The translations under genes and the position numbers were made by a program. Shown piece after piece: positions 53,072 through 64,000 of a stretch of DNA of 64,000 bases (position 1 is its first letter; each line of letters opens with the position of its first letter). The notes under the pieces are model-generated. The model was not told the DNA's origin, searched no databases, and saw nothing but the letters and a program-made list of their open reading frames with translations. The DNA lies in assembly GCA_964016885.1 (NCBI GenBank), contig OZ024740.1, forward strand, positions 127,286,001-127,350,000, written 5' to 3'. Origin of the DNA: Eledone cirrhosa. Its lineage: Eukaryota.

Positions 53072-54202
53072 GAAGCATTTCCACAACAGTTAGTTCACCA
53101 TACTGTGAACAATTGTTTCATCTTATTCGGAATCTCAGCTCGGTCTAAATGAAGGTGTACGGAAAAGGAAAGACAACAGCAGCAACACTGACCATATTGC
53201 CTTGGCTGGCCATTGTAGTAGCAGTGATAGTAATACCCTGTTAATTGCAGCATGTATATCTCTACCCGAGAGCCAGGCGGCGGCAACAGCATCATCATTA
53301 TCATCATCAACAACAACACTGAATCCGTCACGACGGCGACGGCAACAACAAAGGTCTGGTGTTGTGGGTCACTATAAATAAATTCCTACAGTAATAATAA
53401 TAATAATCATGTCTACCCTTTGGCACAAGGCCAGCCATAATCCCAGAGCACAAAGATAATTAGTAACAACAATAGTCGTCAGTCGTAACTACATTGATAT
53501 TAATAATTGTTTCTACTTTTGTAACCAGTGCATTACTGGTACTTTATTTTAACGACCCCGTAAGGATGAAAAGCAAAGTTAACCTCGGCGCGATGTGAAC
53601 TCAACAGCAGTAACAACAACGCCCGGAAAAAAAGGGGCTGCTAGATTGTGGATGCGAACTATAGGTAGCAACACATGGACTATTGTTGTTGTTGTGTTGT
53701 TGTTGCTGTTGTTGCGGTTGTAATGAATGTAGCTGTCATCAAACTGTCTATAGTTATAGCCCCCCCCCCCCCCCCCCTCAGTGTTCCATTTATTGCTTCC
53801 ATTATCTGTTGAAATCTAGCTACGCATAGACTATTGTTTGATACAGGTCAACACAACACACTTGAAGGTTTATACTTTGGTAATTTATGACCCTAATTCC
53901 GTAGGGTTTACATGAGTCCAGATCCGCTAATTGACACATAGATAGCACATCACCCCAGTAAATGAAAACATGGATCCTGGGAAAGACCCTTTTAGGAGCT
54001 GTTATGTCTGCCGGGTGCACGAACAGGAACAGGTGTTTATTCTACCTGCGGCATATCACAAAATCGATTTCCATATGAAGAGTCCGTTTTCATAACAACA
54101 ACAAAGGCATCAAGTACGTCTTGGATTGCAAGGGAGAACCGTTGAAATAGTTATTATGAATAAAGACTTATGTAATATCAGTATATTTCTTAATGTTACT
54201 CT

Positions 54203-54287
<85 letters not shown>

Positions 54288-54290
<3 letters not shown>

Positions 54291-54431
54291 ATATGTTGAA
54301 AAGGTAACACACTAGAGAGAGATACAGTGCGCCATCAATAAAACAGGGAAAATATACACTGGTATTTTTTCCCTGTTTTATTGGTGGCGCACTGTATCTC
54401 TCTCTAGTGTGTTACCTTTTCAACATATTGT
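54288..54431. repeat. Near-perfect 144-bp hairpin next to (TA)n
   Basis: Arms acaatatgttgaaaaggtaacacactagagagagatacagtgcgcca..aaacagggaaaa and ttttccctgttt..tggcgcactgtatctctctctagtgtgttaccttttcaacatattgt. Confidence 0.92.
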
Positions 54432-54564
54432 ATTCTAAAGTGCCCAGGATTTCCTCTCCTTTGAGCGCATTATTTACGGGGAACGCCGTTAATGTATCGT
54501 GGTATATATATATATAATAAAATAACAGGAGGCTCGACTTTTGTAAATCCTTGAAAGGTTTATT

Positions 54565-54616
54565 ATACTATGATCATTCATTTCAATAACCGGGTTCCGG
54601 TGATATCATCAGGTAT
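54565..54616 (-). ncRNA. Compact type I hammerhead ribozyme in a ~210-bp (TA)n-flanked insert
   Basis: Minus strand: atac CTGATGA tatcaccgg-aac-ccggttatt GAAA tga-atga-tca TA gtat. Confidence 0.7.
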
Positions 54617-55478
54617 TCGAAATATAACAAAGGGATATAACAGATAAAATCCATGGGGCTGAAAATCATAGACAAGAGGACGACCGACCATCTAGCATCT
54701 TTTACTCTAGTCGGTCGCCCTCTATATATATGAGAGGTTATAACTGAAATATACATAACAGTGATTATGAATAATACACACACACACACATACTGAAATA
54801 TATATTATAAATATGTATCTATCTCTATATGTGTGTGTGTGTGTGTGAGTGCATGTGGAGGGAATGACTGTGTGTGTGATGAAGCAGTATAGAACAAGAG
54901 TTTTTGAGATTAAAATGTTTAGTTTAGTAGAAAAAAAAAATCTAGATATATTATGAAACAAACTATTGGAAGATTATACGTGAAGGAATGGAAAACGAGC
55001 TATAGAAATATAGATAGTGATGATATTGATGAGAATAAAGATATATATTTTATTTCAAAGAGAGTAAATTTGCTAAAATTGGTCTGATGCTCAATAATCG
55101 TTTCCTTCTGCAATATAATATTTACGAAGTGCCACCATATTTGAAACACATTTACAGAAATATAAAATAGTTCTCTGCTGGACGTGTTCAGATAAGCGAA
55201 TGCTAACATTCGCTTCTACTATAGTTAGCGTTCGCGACTTCATTACGCATCAGTAACTGACAAATATAATCAATAAAGCTTTATTAGTGGATCTAATGAA
55301 GCGATTCCCTTAATACGATGAATCAGAAAACCTTACGCGCATTGTCGTGTAATAGATGAAGTGGTTGATCTGCAACTATGTGGAGAAGTATTGTTTGCTT
55401 CTCTTTATTGTTTCATTGCTTTGTTGCTTGCTTTGTATTTGTCTTAAGGCAATTATGAAAACATCATTAATATTTTAT

Positions 55479-55544
55479 AGAAGAAGAAGAAGAAGAAGAA
55501 GAAGAAGAAGAAGAAGAAGAAGAAGAAGAAGAAGAAGAAGAAGA
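55479..55544. repeat. (GAA)n microsatellite; representative of dozens of (TA)n, (CA)n, (GA)n, (TAA)n and (CTA)n tracts across the window
   Basis: Seen directly in the sequence. Confidence 0.95.
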
Positions 55545-58194
55545 GGTGGTTGGGAATGAACACTAGACCTATTCTAAGGTGAATAAAAATGTAAAAATAT
55601 TTCAGGGTTATTTTTAACGTAATCACCACCTTCATTTTCTTTTTCATAGGAAAATAGTTTTAATTCAGTTATTTTACGTTTGATTTTGGAAATCTTAGCA
55701 TATGTTTAGAAGGCAGATGCAAGCACATATATAAATGTGTGTATATGCTTGGGAAAGGGGTATAGGGCTGTATATGGTGATATTTCCGTAACACTGATTG
55801 TTATAAATTTTTATATATTGATTTTTTAGCCTTTATAAATAGAAAGGAGCGGTATATTCTTTATAATGTTCTCTATTTTGAAAACCCACACATTTTTATT
55901 TATAGTTTCAGAAAATATAATTACAAAATGTGCATTTTATTCGAGCAACGATTCAGCCTCCCATTACTGAAGCTAAGATCAAACGAAATAACTATTCTCA
56001 AGAAACCAAAGGTTTAATGGTGGATTTTAATAGTCAGTTACTTGAAATAAATTAGGTGTGTGTGTCAAATAATCACATACCTTAAATAAAACTTAAATTA
56101 TTATATGTCCAAATGTATTTGATCCAATGAGCTGAGATAGACTCCCCGCACTAGACACCTCTCTAAACATCATAATCAAATCGATACTATATTAACTTCA
56201 ACTCTAATTAAGTGTTATATTGTAATGTTACATTGGATTGAATGATAATTTCACAGGAAAATAGTTGAAGGTGAATTCATTCATGCTAGTACATGACTAG
56301 ATTATTGTACAGCTAACTAAACTTTATCTAAAATCTCAAATATTTAATCTAGTTATATTCAGTTTATTCCACTAAATCATTCTCTGTTCAATTGAAATAA
56401 TATTTATATTAATGGAAAATCGAGAACTATAATCGAGTCAGCCAATTTAAAAATCGATGGTAGATTCAACTGTTAATATGCGTAACCAAGTTCTTAGAAT
56501 CTCTTGGCGCATTACACACCGTGACAAGCATTCGTGTCAGCACTCGGCCTTGTGATAATTACCTGTTTACCACTCTCTATTCTTTGAGCTCTTGAAAATT
56601 GTCATTAACCCTGCCCTTTGTCATTTAATCTGTTAAAATATGACTTTTATATGGTTTATATTTCTCCACATACTATTTCAAATTGTTTGGTCCTCATTTT
56701 GCTTTTCAGAGAACTAGAAATATTTCAAACATTGTTAATCCTTATGAAATATTCTCAGTGATTTAAAGAGTGTTACTAATTTATATCCAATATCTCTCTT
56801 CATATTGACTATTTGATGTTTTCGGAAATGGCTCCTCATTTAGAAACAAATATCATACCTCTATGTCCATCATGGAACTCATTTCTGAAATTTCATCGAA
56901 AATGTTGGCTAACGTTTATCTATTTAACATCCTGTTCCAATGCATTTAGTCAATTCAATGTCATATTCCATTCTTCTCTGAACGAATCGTTAACTGGTGT
57001 TTAAAATGAACCTCTGTGGTTTATCCTAATGAATAAAGATACAATATCCTTAAAAACGAGTGCCTTGTGTTTTACTTTTCCCAATCATGTTATATTCATG
57101 GTATCATTTTCGTTGAAACTCTGCACTACAATATGGTACCCATTAAAATATTATTTAAAAAACTTATATGAGGAAATTGCTGAGAATTCTAGCATCTTTG
57201 TGATTGAAGTTTAATACGTATAAAACAAAAAGAAAAATGAGGAGGTGCCAAAAATGTTTAGTCAGAGAAAATGCAACAAAAATAGGAAGCACTTACTTAC
57301 ACGGAGTGCTTCAACATATTATGGTGGATCTATATGGAAAAACTGACTCACTTAATCTATGATTGATACAGGATGACGATTAACTATTTACTTGCTAGTT
57401 TAGCGGAAAGATCAGTCAGAAATAAACCCCTACATAACGGAGTGTCCATACAAAACACACCCATGGTATTATAAACAGCAGGTTGAGAGATCTCGCCCCA
57501 CATATCCATGTCTATATTTATAGGTAAACTGAATTTCTTTTTTCCAAAATGGCTTCCATATTTTTGTATTTGTAACAATTACGAGCTCCATAATTACATT
57601 GAACAGCTGCTAATTCAGTGAAATGTTGTAACTCTTCACTTCGCGTCAACAGAACATTATATGCATCTGATTACAGTATCGAACAGACATGTACGTAAGT
57701 CATTTCCAATATACCAATTGATGACCACCTTAACACGTTGTATATTGTGTTTTATGAGAAGAAATATTTTGTTTTTATCTCAAAGCCGAAGTCCACCTTA
57801 CCATTTGGTATCCATAGCATAATGATAAATCAATACTTGAATCATTTTAATCAAATGTTCCCCTCATTGGAATGACTAGAAAACGCCTCATAACTATTTT
57901 ACGCATCATAACAATTAATAGTTTTAAGTGGATCAATTAGTATCCGTATAGCACCAGATAAAACAAATTATGTCTCTTTACATTTTGAATTCAATTCTTG
58001 CTAAGGTAGGGTTTGCTATCTGCTGTTCTGGTTTCAATAATATATGTAACAATTCGATTTAATAGCCTATCTCGAAAATATGTAGGCTTGTAGATGTACA
58101 ACATGCTCATCATTCTATCTTTATTTTATAGAAATGGAAAACTGGGGGAACAACAATATGCCGGGCAAATAGCTATATCATAATGGTTTGTGAT

Positions 58195-58430
58195 TTAGGC
58201 ACAAGGCTAATAATGTTTTTTTAGTGGGTAAGTTGAATAACTCGACTGCAGTGCATTGCTCGTACTTCATTTTCTCGTAAGGATGAAGCACAAAGATAAC
58301 CTTGGCGGAATTTGAACTGTGAAGGTAGAGGGCCGTAACTCCATGCCAAAAAGCTTTATGTGCGACGCACATTCCTTCAGGTTGAGAATTCAAAGTTGAT
58401 TTTATCTTTCATCATTTCGTAGTTGATCAA
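58195..58430. mobile_element. Decayed SINE family 1 copy (-) followed by a head-to-head (+) fragment
   Basis: gtaaggatgaagcacaaag..ggcggaatttgaac on the minus strand, then ttttatctttcatcatttcgtagttgat on the plus strand. Confidence 0.5.
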
Positions 58431-58948
58431 CTTTAATCATATAATCTCACGAAACACATAATGGATTTTATTCAATCAATTTTAATTTCACAAACATTCT
58501 TGATCTCCCCTTAAATCTACTTCATACCTCATCAAGTATCGATAACCTGATGTAACTCTCAAGTACGTGAGCCTATTTCTGGCTCTGCGTCTTTGCTACA
58601 AACGCATAATATTAAAGTGATTAAACGTAGCTGCAAATAGCTTGATTCCACAGGCACATCGAAAATCATGAATTGTTGTCTACAGCATAGTTGATATTCT
58701 AACGTTATATTTCACAGCGAGCCTTATATGGTTTTAAACGAATAAAAACATCTAAATTCTGAAGTCTTGTGTAAAAAGATAAGCCAACTTATCTTGGTAC
58801 GTTACGATATTATTATTTAAGTTAATTCTTCAGACGAATTATTAGAGCGATTCTATATTTCATTCTAACTCCAAAGAGATTTAAATGTATGTAGATCTCA
58901 GAGAACATAATTGACTTGTTCTCTTTAGTAAAATATCTGTACAGCTGA

Positions 58949-59052
58949 ATAAAAAAGTATATTACATGAATTTGTTAGGTCTCTTTAAATGTAAATATAT
59001 AAAAAAGTATATTACATGAATTTGTTAGGTCTCTTTAAATGTAAATATATAA
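58949..59052. repeat. 50-bp perfect tandem duplication
   Basis: aaaaaagtatattacatgaatttgttaggtctctttaaatgtaaatatat occurs at 58951 and 59001. Confidence 0.95.
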
Positions 59053-59921
59053 TGTCATACATATCGGCTAATACACGCTAAAAGTTTATGTTTACATTCT
59101 ACAATCTCCAGAAAATATTGAATGTTCTCTTTATGTACACACAAAGCAGAAAAAAAACGTGGTGCATAATCCTAAATCGAAAAAGGATGCAAACACCATT
59201 AACCCCTATATAACATTAGTTTTATTATTGTTATTCCATGAATCATTACAGCATTCTTACCTCTATAAGATTGAGAGCTCTTGCCAATATAATCTCGCTA
59301 ATAAATACAAAAAAAAAAGAAGTCACACTGATACAAGTGCATGATTAACCAGGTCAATCAATGGATAGCGGATTCTGCTATTCTGATTACTTTTTGAAGT
59401 TTAAATTTCAGTAGTTTTGTCGCCATCACCATTTTGAGGAAAGACAGCGATCACAGTGCTAAATCTATCAGCAAAATAGATTAAAATCTAAGAATAGTGT
59501 TTCTTGAATTTCATTTTTAAATGTAAAATGAAGACTAAAATAGTGAGCGTTACTGTTGTTAATGAATAAGTATGACTGGCGGTAAGAAAGCGTGGGTGCA
59601 TGTAAGCATTTCAGCGCGTGACTGAGTGTATATATTTGTATAGGCATTTACCGTTGAATATTATGAGGATATGTTTATAAGAATTTGTAAATAAATATCT
59701 ATGTGACCCATTGAATATGTATATATGTATATGTGTATGTATATATGTATGTATGCATGTATGTACGTATGTATGTAGACATGTATATATGCATTTATGC
59801 AAACACACATGCATACACTTTATATATATATATATATATATATGTTTGATATATACGTATATATGCTTCATATATATGTATATATACACACATGTAACCT
59901 AGACATTCATCATGCGTGCTA

Positions 59922-60821
59922 AGAGCCGTTATTTGATGCAAATAACACGTGATTTCGCCCTACTCTGGGCAGCGTGTTTATTAGCTTTCTCTCTATCCAT
60001 TAGGCTAGATGTGTCGTGAACAGTACCCATATTTGCTGACTGAGGTTCTGTGGACTGTTATACCACACATTTCTGTGGTGAAACGAACTAAATTCGTATC
60101 AGCAAGCTTTTAGTTATAAGGTTAGTAATTTAAAACTCTACTTCAGAGATTTGATTCTGACGACTTAGTTTTTTCTATTTAATTGCTAACCTGTAGGTAT
60201 TGTTCTCCATACAGTAATGGTTAAACTCACATGTAATAATGTTTTACTCACTTCTCACTGTGTAACACACTTCTCTCTGTGTATTTGTACTCGAGCGTAG
60301 ATGAAAATTCTCTGTTCTTCTTCGAGCTAATATTATTATTACTGTGAACTGCGGAATACTTTAATTCCGATCTTTGTATATTTAACCAGCTCTAGATTAT
60401 TGAGCTAAGAAATTCGAATGGTTGGGCTGCTCTCTCTAGCATTTTACCCCTATTCATGAGAGCCGTTATTTGACGCAAATAACACGTGATTTCGCCCTAC
60501 TCTGGGCAGCGTGTTTATTAGCTTTCTCTCTATCCATTAGGCTAGATGGGTCGTGAACAGTACCCATATTTGCTGACCGAGGATCCTATGGGCTGTTATA
60601 CCACACATTTCTGTGGTGAAACGAACTAAATTCCTATCAGCAAGCTTATAGTTATAAGGTTAGTAATTTAAAATTCTACTTCAGAGATTTGATTCTGGCT
60701 TAGTTGTTTTCTATTTAATTGCTAACCTGTAGGTATTGTTCGCCATACAGTAATGGTTTAACTCACATGTAATACTTTTTTACACACTTCTCACTGTATA
60801 ACACACTTCTGTCTGTGTATT

Positions 60822-60825
<4 letters not shown>
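59922..60825 (+). mobile_element. Partial tandem (~537-bp unit, ~1.7 copies) with a hammerhead ribozyme in each copy; retrozyme-like
   Basis: agagccgttatttga... occurs at 59922 and 60459. HHRs at 60033-60105 and 60570-60643. The right end runs into (TA)n. Confidence 0.8.
60033..60105 (+). ncRNA. Type I hammerhead ribozyme (second copy 60570-60643)
   Basis: Stem I ttgctga/tcagcaa (7 bp); core CTGAGGT here and CCGAGGA in copy 2 (consensus CTGAGGA); GAAA; stem III acgaa/ttcgt; GTA triplet. Confidence 0.72.
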
Positions 60826-60898
<73 letters not shown>

Positions 60899-61057
60899 GA
60901 GAGAGAGAGAGGAGAGAGAGAGAGAGGTGGATAGATAGATAGATATAGATATGTGCGCCTATATGCGTGTGAGTGTATGTGTGATTGTGTGTGTGTTCTT
61001 TCAAATGGACATTTTTCAGCGGGCACAATGATGAACGTTTAGTTGGCTTGTATGTAG

Positions 61058-61090
<33 letters not shown>

Positions 61091-61468
61091 AATCTATATA
61101 CGCTGTTTAATGAGAAAAAGCAAAAGGAAAAACAAACAAAAACACACAAATAAAAATAAAAACAATAAAACAAAACATAGATAAGCATCGTTTCTCTGCA
61201 CATAATTCAATAAAATCCTGTGACAAGATATGATTCTCTGACAGCTCACAAGCATGCACAATCTTTAGATACTCACGTCTTTTCATCTTAAGATTTTTCG
61301 GCTTTCGCTTCTAATTTAATCACTTTTAACTATACGAAGAAAACATTTTTTTACTCCGAATTTAGCACGAAACTTCTGCTGGAATGATATATACGTATAT
61401 ATATATATATATATATATAAATGAAAAATGGCGAGCTCTGTTGTTGCAAATAGGTATATATAAAAATG

Positions 61469-61587
<119 letters not shown>

Positions 61588-61799
61588 AATATATATAATT
61601 GGTGTGGGATGGTTAAACCGTCCGTAATCGGTATGCTGTTTGAGCACTCGATGCTCTTACAGACCAGAGTATAATATCACATAAGAAACGGAGAATCAGT
61701 GGTGCGACGAATAAGATTTACTAGACATATTACAATCGAAGATCCTCGACTCTGCTCGATTCTACGATGCAGAGCTTCGAAATATTCTTCGTAGAATCG

Positions 61800-62800
61800 A
61801 GACGTATCCGAAAATGTAAATTATGTAAGTTTCAATTCTAATCATCCTAGAAGTATTAAACATACTATTGTCATACTAGAGTCCAACAATGGATTTCACG
61901 CATCTCCTCTAATAAAAATAATGTTGATGATAAGGCTGTATATTATAATGAAGCTTTACATAGTGCAGGATACTCAAATAGAATTAAGTATATAGATAAC
62001 AATAACATGACATATTATCCCAGTATTAACATAAACACTAAACCAAACAAAAAAACTAGAACTAGAAATATTATTTGGTACTCTCCCCCATTCTCATTAA
62101 GCGTTAAAACACCTTAAGCAAAGCTATTCTTTAAAGCACTTGATAAATGTTTTCCTAAAGCCGACAGATTCCACTCTATTTTTAACAGACACACTTTAAA
62201 ACTAACCTACTCTACTACTATGAACATAGCACAACATACAAATAGAATTAATAATAGAAAATTAAATTTAAACCCTAATCAAACTAATAAAAATAGCAAT
62301 AATAGTATTTCTAACAACATATTCAGAATAATAGTACCGTTCTGAACAACAATAACTCCAGTAAATGTAACTGTAGAATCAAATCAAACTGCCCTTAACA
62401 AAATAATTGTTTAGACTAAAACGTAGTTTATAAATGCACAGTTAAAACTAGAGACAAAACGTTTAACTATGTTGGTGCCACTTCAACAAAATTTAAAGAA
62501 AGGTTGGATAACCATAATCATACATTTAAGAGATTTGATAAAAAATCTGCTACTTCACTTTCACATCTAATTTGGAATTTAAAAGACAACAATATAGACT
62601 ATTCAATATCTTGGAGAACGATTTCGGAAGCACCTGCATACAGAAACACGGCTTTATCAAGATTCTGTAAATTGTGTATCGAAGAAATTTGTTATATAAT
62701 TAGCTGTCGAAACTCTATTAATCTCAGAACAGAATTATTTTCTTCTTGCAGACATCGCCAAAATTCCACGTTCAGAACTATTTTTAATTTATAATAATCC
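61800..62800 (+). mobile_element. 5'-truncated Penelope-like element (Naiad-like), decayed
   Basis: NYVSFNSNHPRSI, RNIIWYSPPFS, KCNCRIKSNCP*QNNCL..VVYKCTV..NYVGATSTKFKERL..CKLCIEE..SCRH. A possible decayed antisense HHR lies at 61630-61665. Confidence 0.85.
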
Positions 62801-63261
62801 TATATACCTTCAAAATGATCTTACCTTTTTGAAAATTTAAATGTAATTTTTTTAAATATTTTTTAATATTTTTAATATTTCTAAATTTTTTAATATCTCT
62901 AATATTTATAATATTTTTAATATATATATTTAATATTTTAATTCCTACATTATTTTAATTCTGACATTATTTTTAATTCTGACATTATTGTTGTAAGGAC
63001 ACCCCTCTAAATGTATTTTTTATATATAATCAATTAGATTATATGAAGAATTATGGTTGTAAGTATTTCTATCTTATTACATTAAATATGTATATAGATT
63101 AATAATTGCGTATGTATTAGTATTATAGAGATAGACATCATTTACAATTATTAGTGGTTTATATATCAAATATGAGTTACGAAGATGTTGATTTTGTATT
63201 TTATATGGGTGGGTGGCTAGTAATAAATAGTACACATTGTTAATTAGGTTACTTAAAATAG

Positions 63262-63935
63262 TAATAATAATAATGAGCATGTTGTGTACAGTGCTCAGGT
63301 GCACTACAACTCATCAAAAGTGTATGCATAGTACATAGGGTAATGTACAAACGTCAGGAAAATGAACAGTGCATGAGTCATGATATACACATCTGTTCAT
63401 GTGTATGGCAGGGGGACATCAGGTGTAGTTTTGGCGATTTCGGGAAGCATGAGGCTTTTTAAGGGTGCAGTGTCTCGGCAGCTAACAACTGACGCAGGCA
63501 GTTTGTTCCATGCCTCAGCAACTCTAAGCATGAAAAAACGTTTTCGAAAGTCATGGGAGCTGTTGCTGTTTTCTGACTTCGTAGGCATGTCCATGTGTGT
63601 TAAACACATGGAGATGAAAACGGTGCTCAGGGTTGTTGTTGGCGAGATGGTTAATAACTTTGTGGGTGTTTTACCAAGTCCATTGCCAGATGTCGGAGCT
63701 TCAATGAATCCAGGCCCAGAGAAGCAAGGCGTTCAGAGTATGATAGGTGTATGATGGAGAGTAGGCGCTTGGTTGCACGTCTCTGAACAGTTTCCAGGAG
63801 GTCAATGTTCTGAGCAAGATAGGGGTTCCAGACTGATGAAGCGAATTCCAAGTGTACCATAGCTGTATATAGCTTTAAATAGCGGCTAACAAAGGTCTTG
63901 CTGAGTGATACCAAGACAACCTCGGCCTTCATTTA
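63262..63935 (-). mobile_element. CR1-like LINE 3' fragment
   Basis: LYTAMVHLEFASSVWNPY..LETVQRRATK..SYSERLASLGLDSL and RFFMLRVAEAWNKLP; short (ATT)n tail at ~63262-73. Confidence 0.85.
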
Positions 63936-64000
63936 AGATATTGGAATCTTAGTCGGTGGAAGGGGGAGATATTCAAATAAAAAAGAGAGAAGAAGCCGCA

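Overview
This is AT-rich, microsatellite-dense animal genomic DNA. The SINE families and repeat style suggest an Octopus-like cephalopod (inference). I could not recognise any host protein-coding exon; most ORFs in the track are translations of (TA)n, (CA)n or (TAA)n. Nearly everything recognisable is mobile DNA: a Tx1-like LINE, four R4/Dong-like RLE non-LTR elements next to (TAA)n, RTE and CR1 fragments, a decayed LTR-type gag-pol, two Tc1/mariner elements, four Penelope-like elements (PLEs), two tRNA-SINE families and several foldback palindromes. The main observation is that the apparent 616-bp satellite at 31601-38648 (11.4 near-identical copies, no ORF) carries a complete type I hammerhead ribozyme (HHR) fold across every monomer junction, with a U3-A8 variant core, extended stems II and III and a GUC site. 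It looks like a retrozyme-like tandem array inserted in a microsatellite. Further unrelated non-coding, microsatellite-flanked inserts with their own HHRs lie at ~12.9-13.6, 49.4, 54.6 and 59.9-60.8 kb, alongside HHR-bearing PLE ends. Together they suggest a PLE-driven, (TA)n-targeting family of ribozyme-containing retroelements. All folds were made by eye; none was tested computationally or experimentally.
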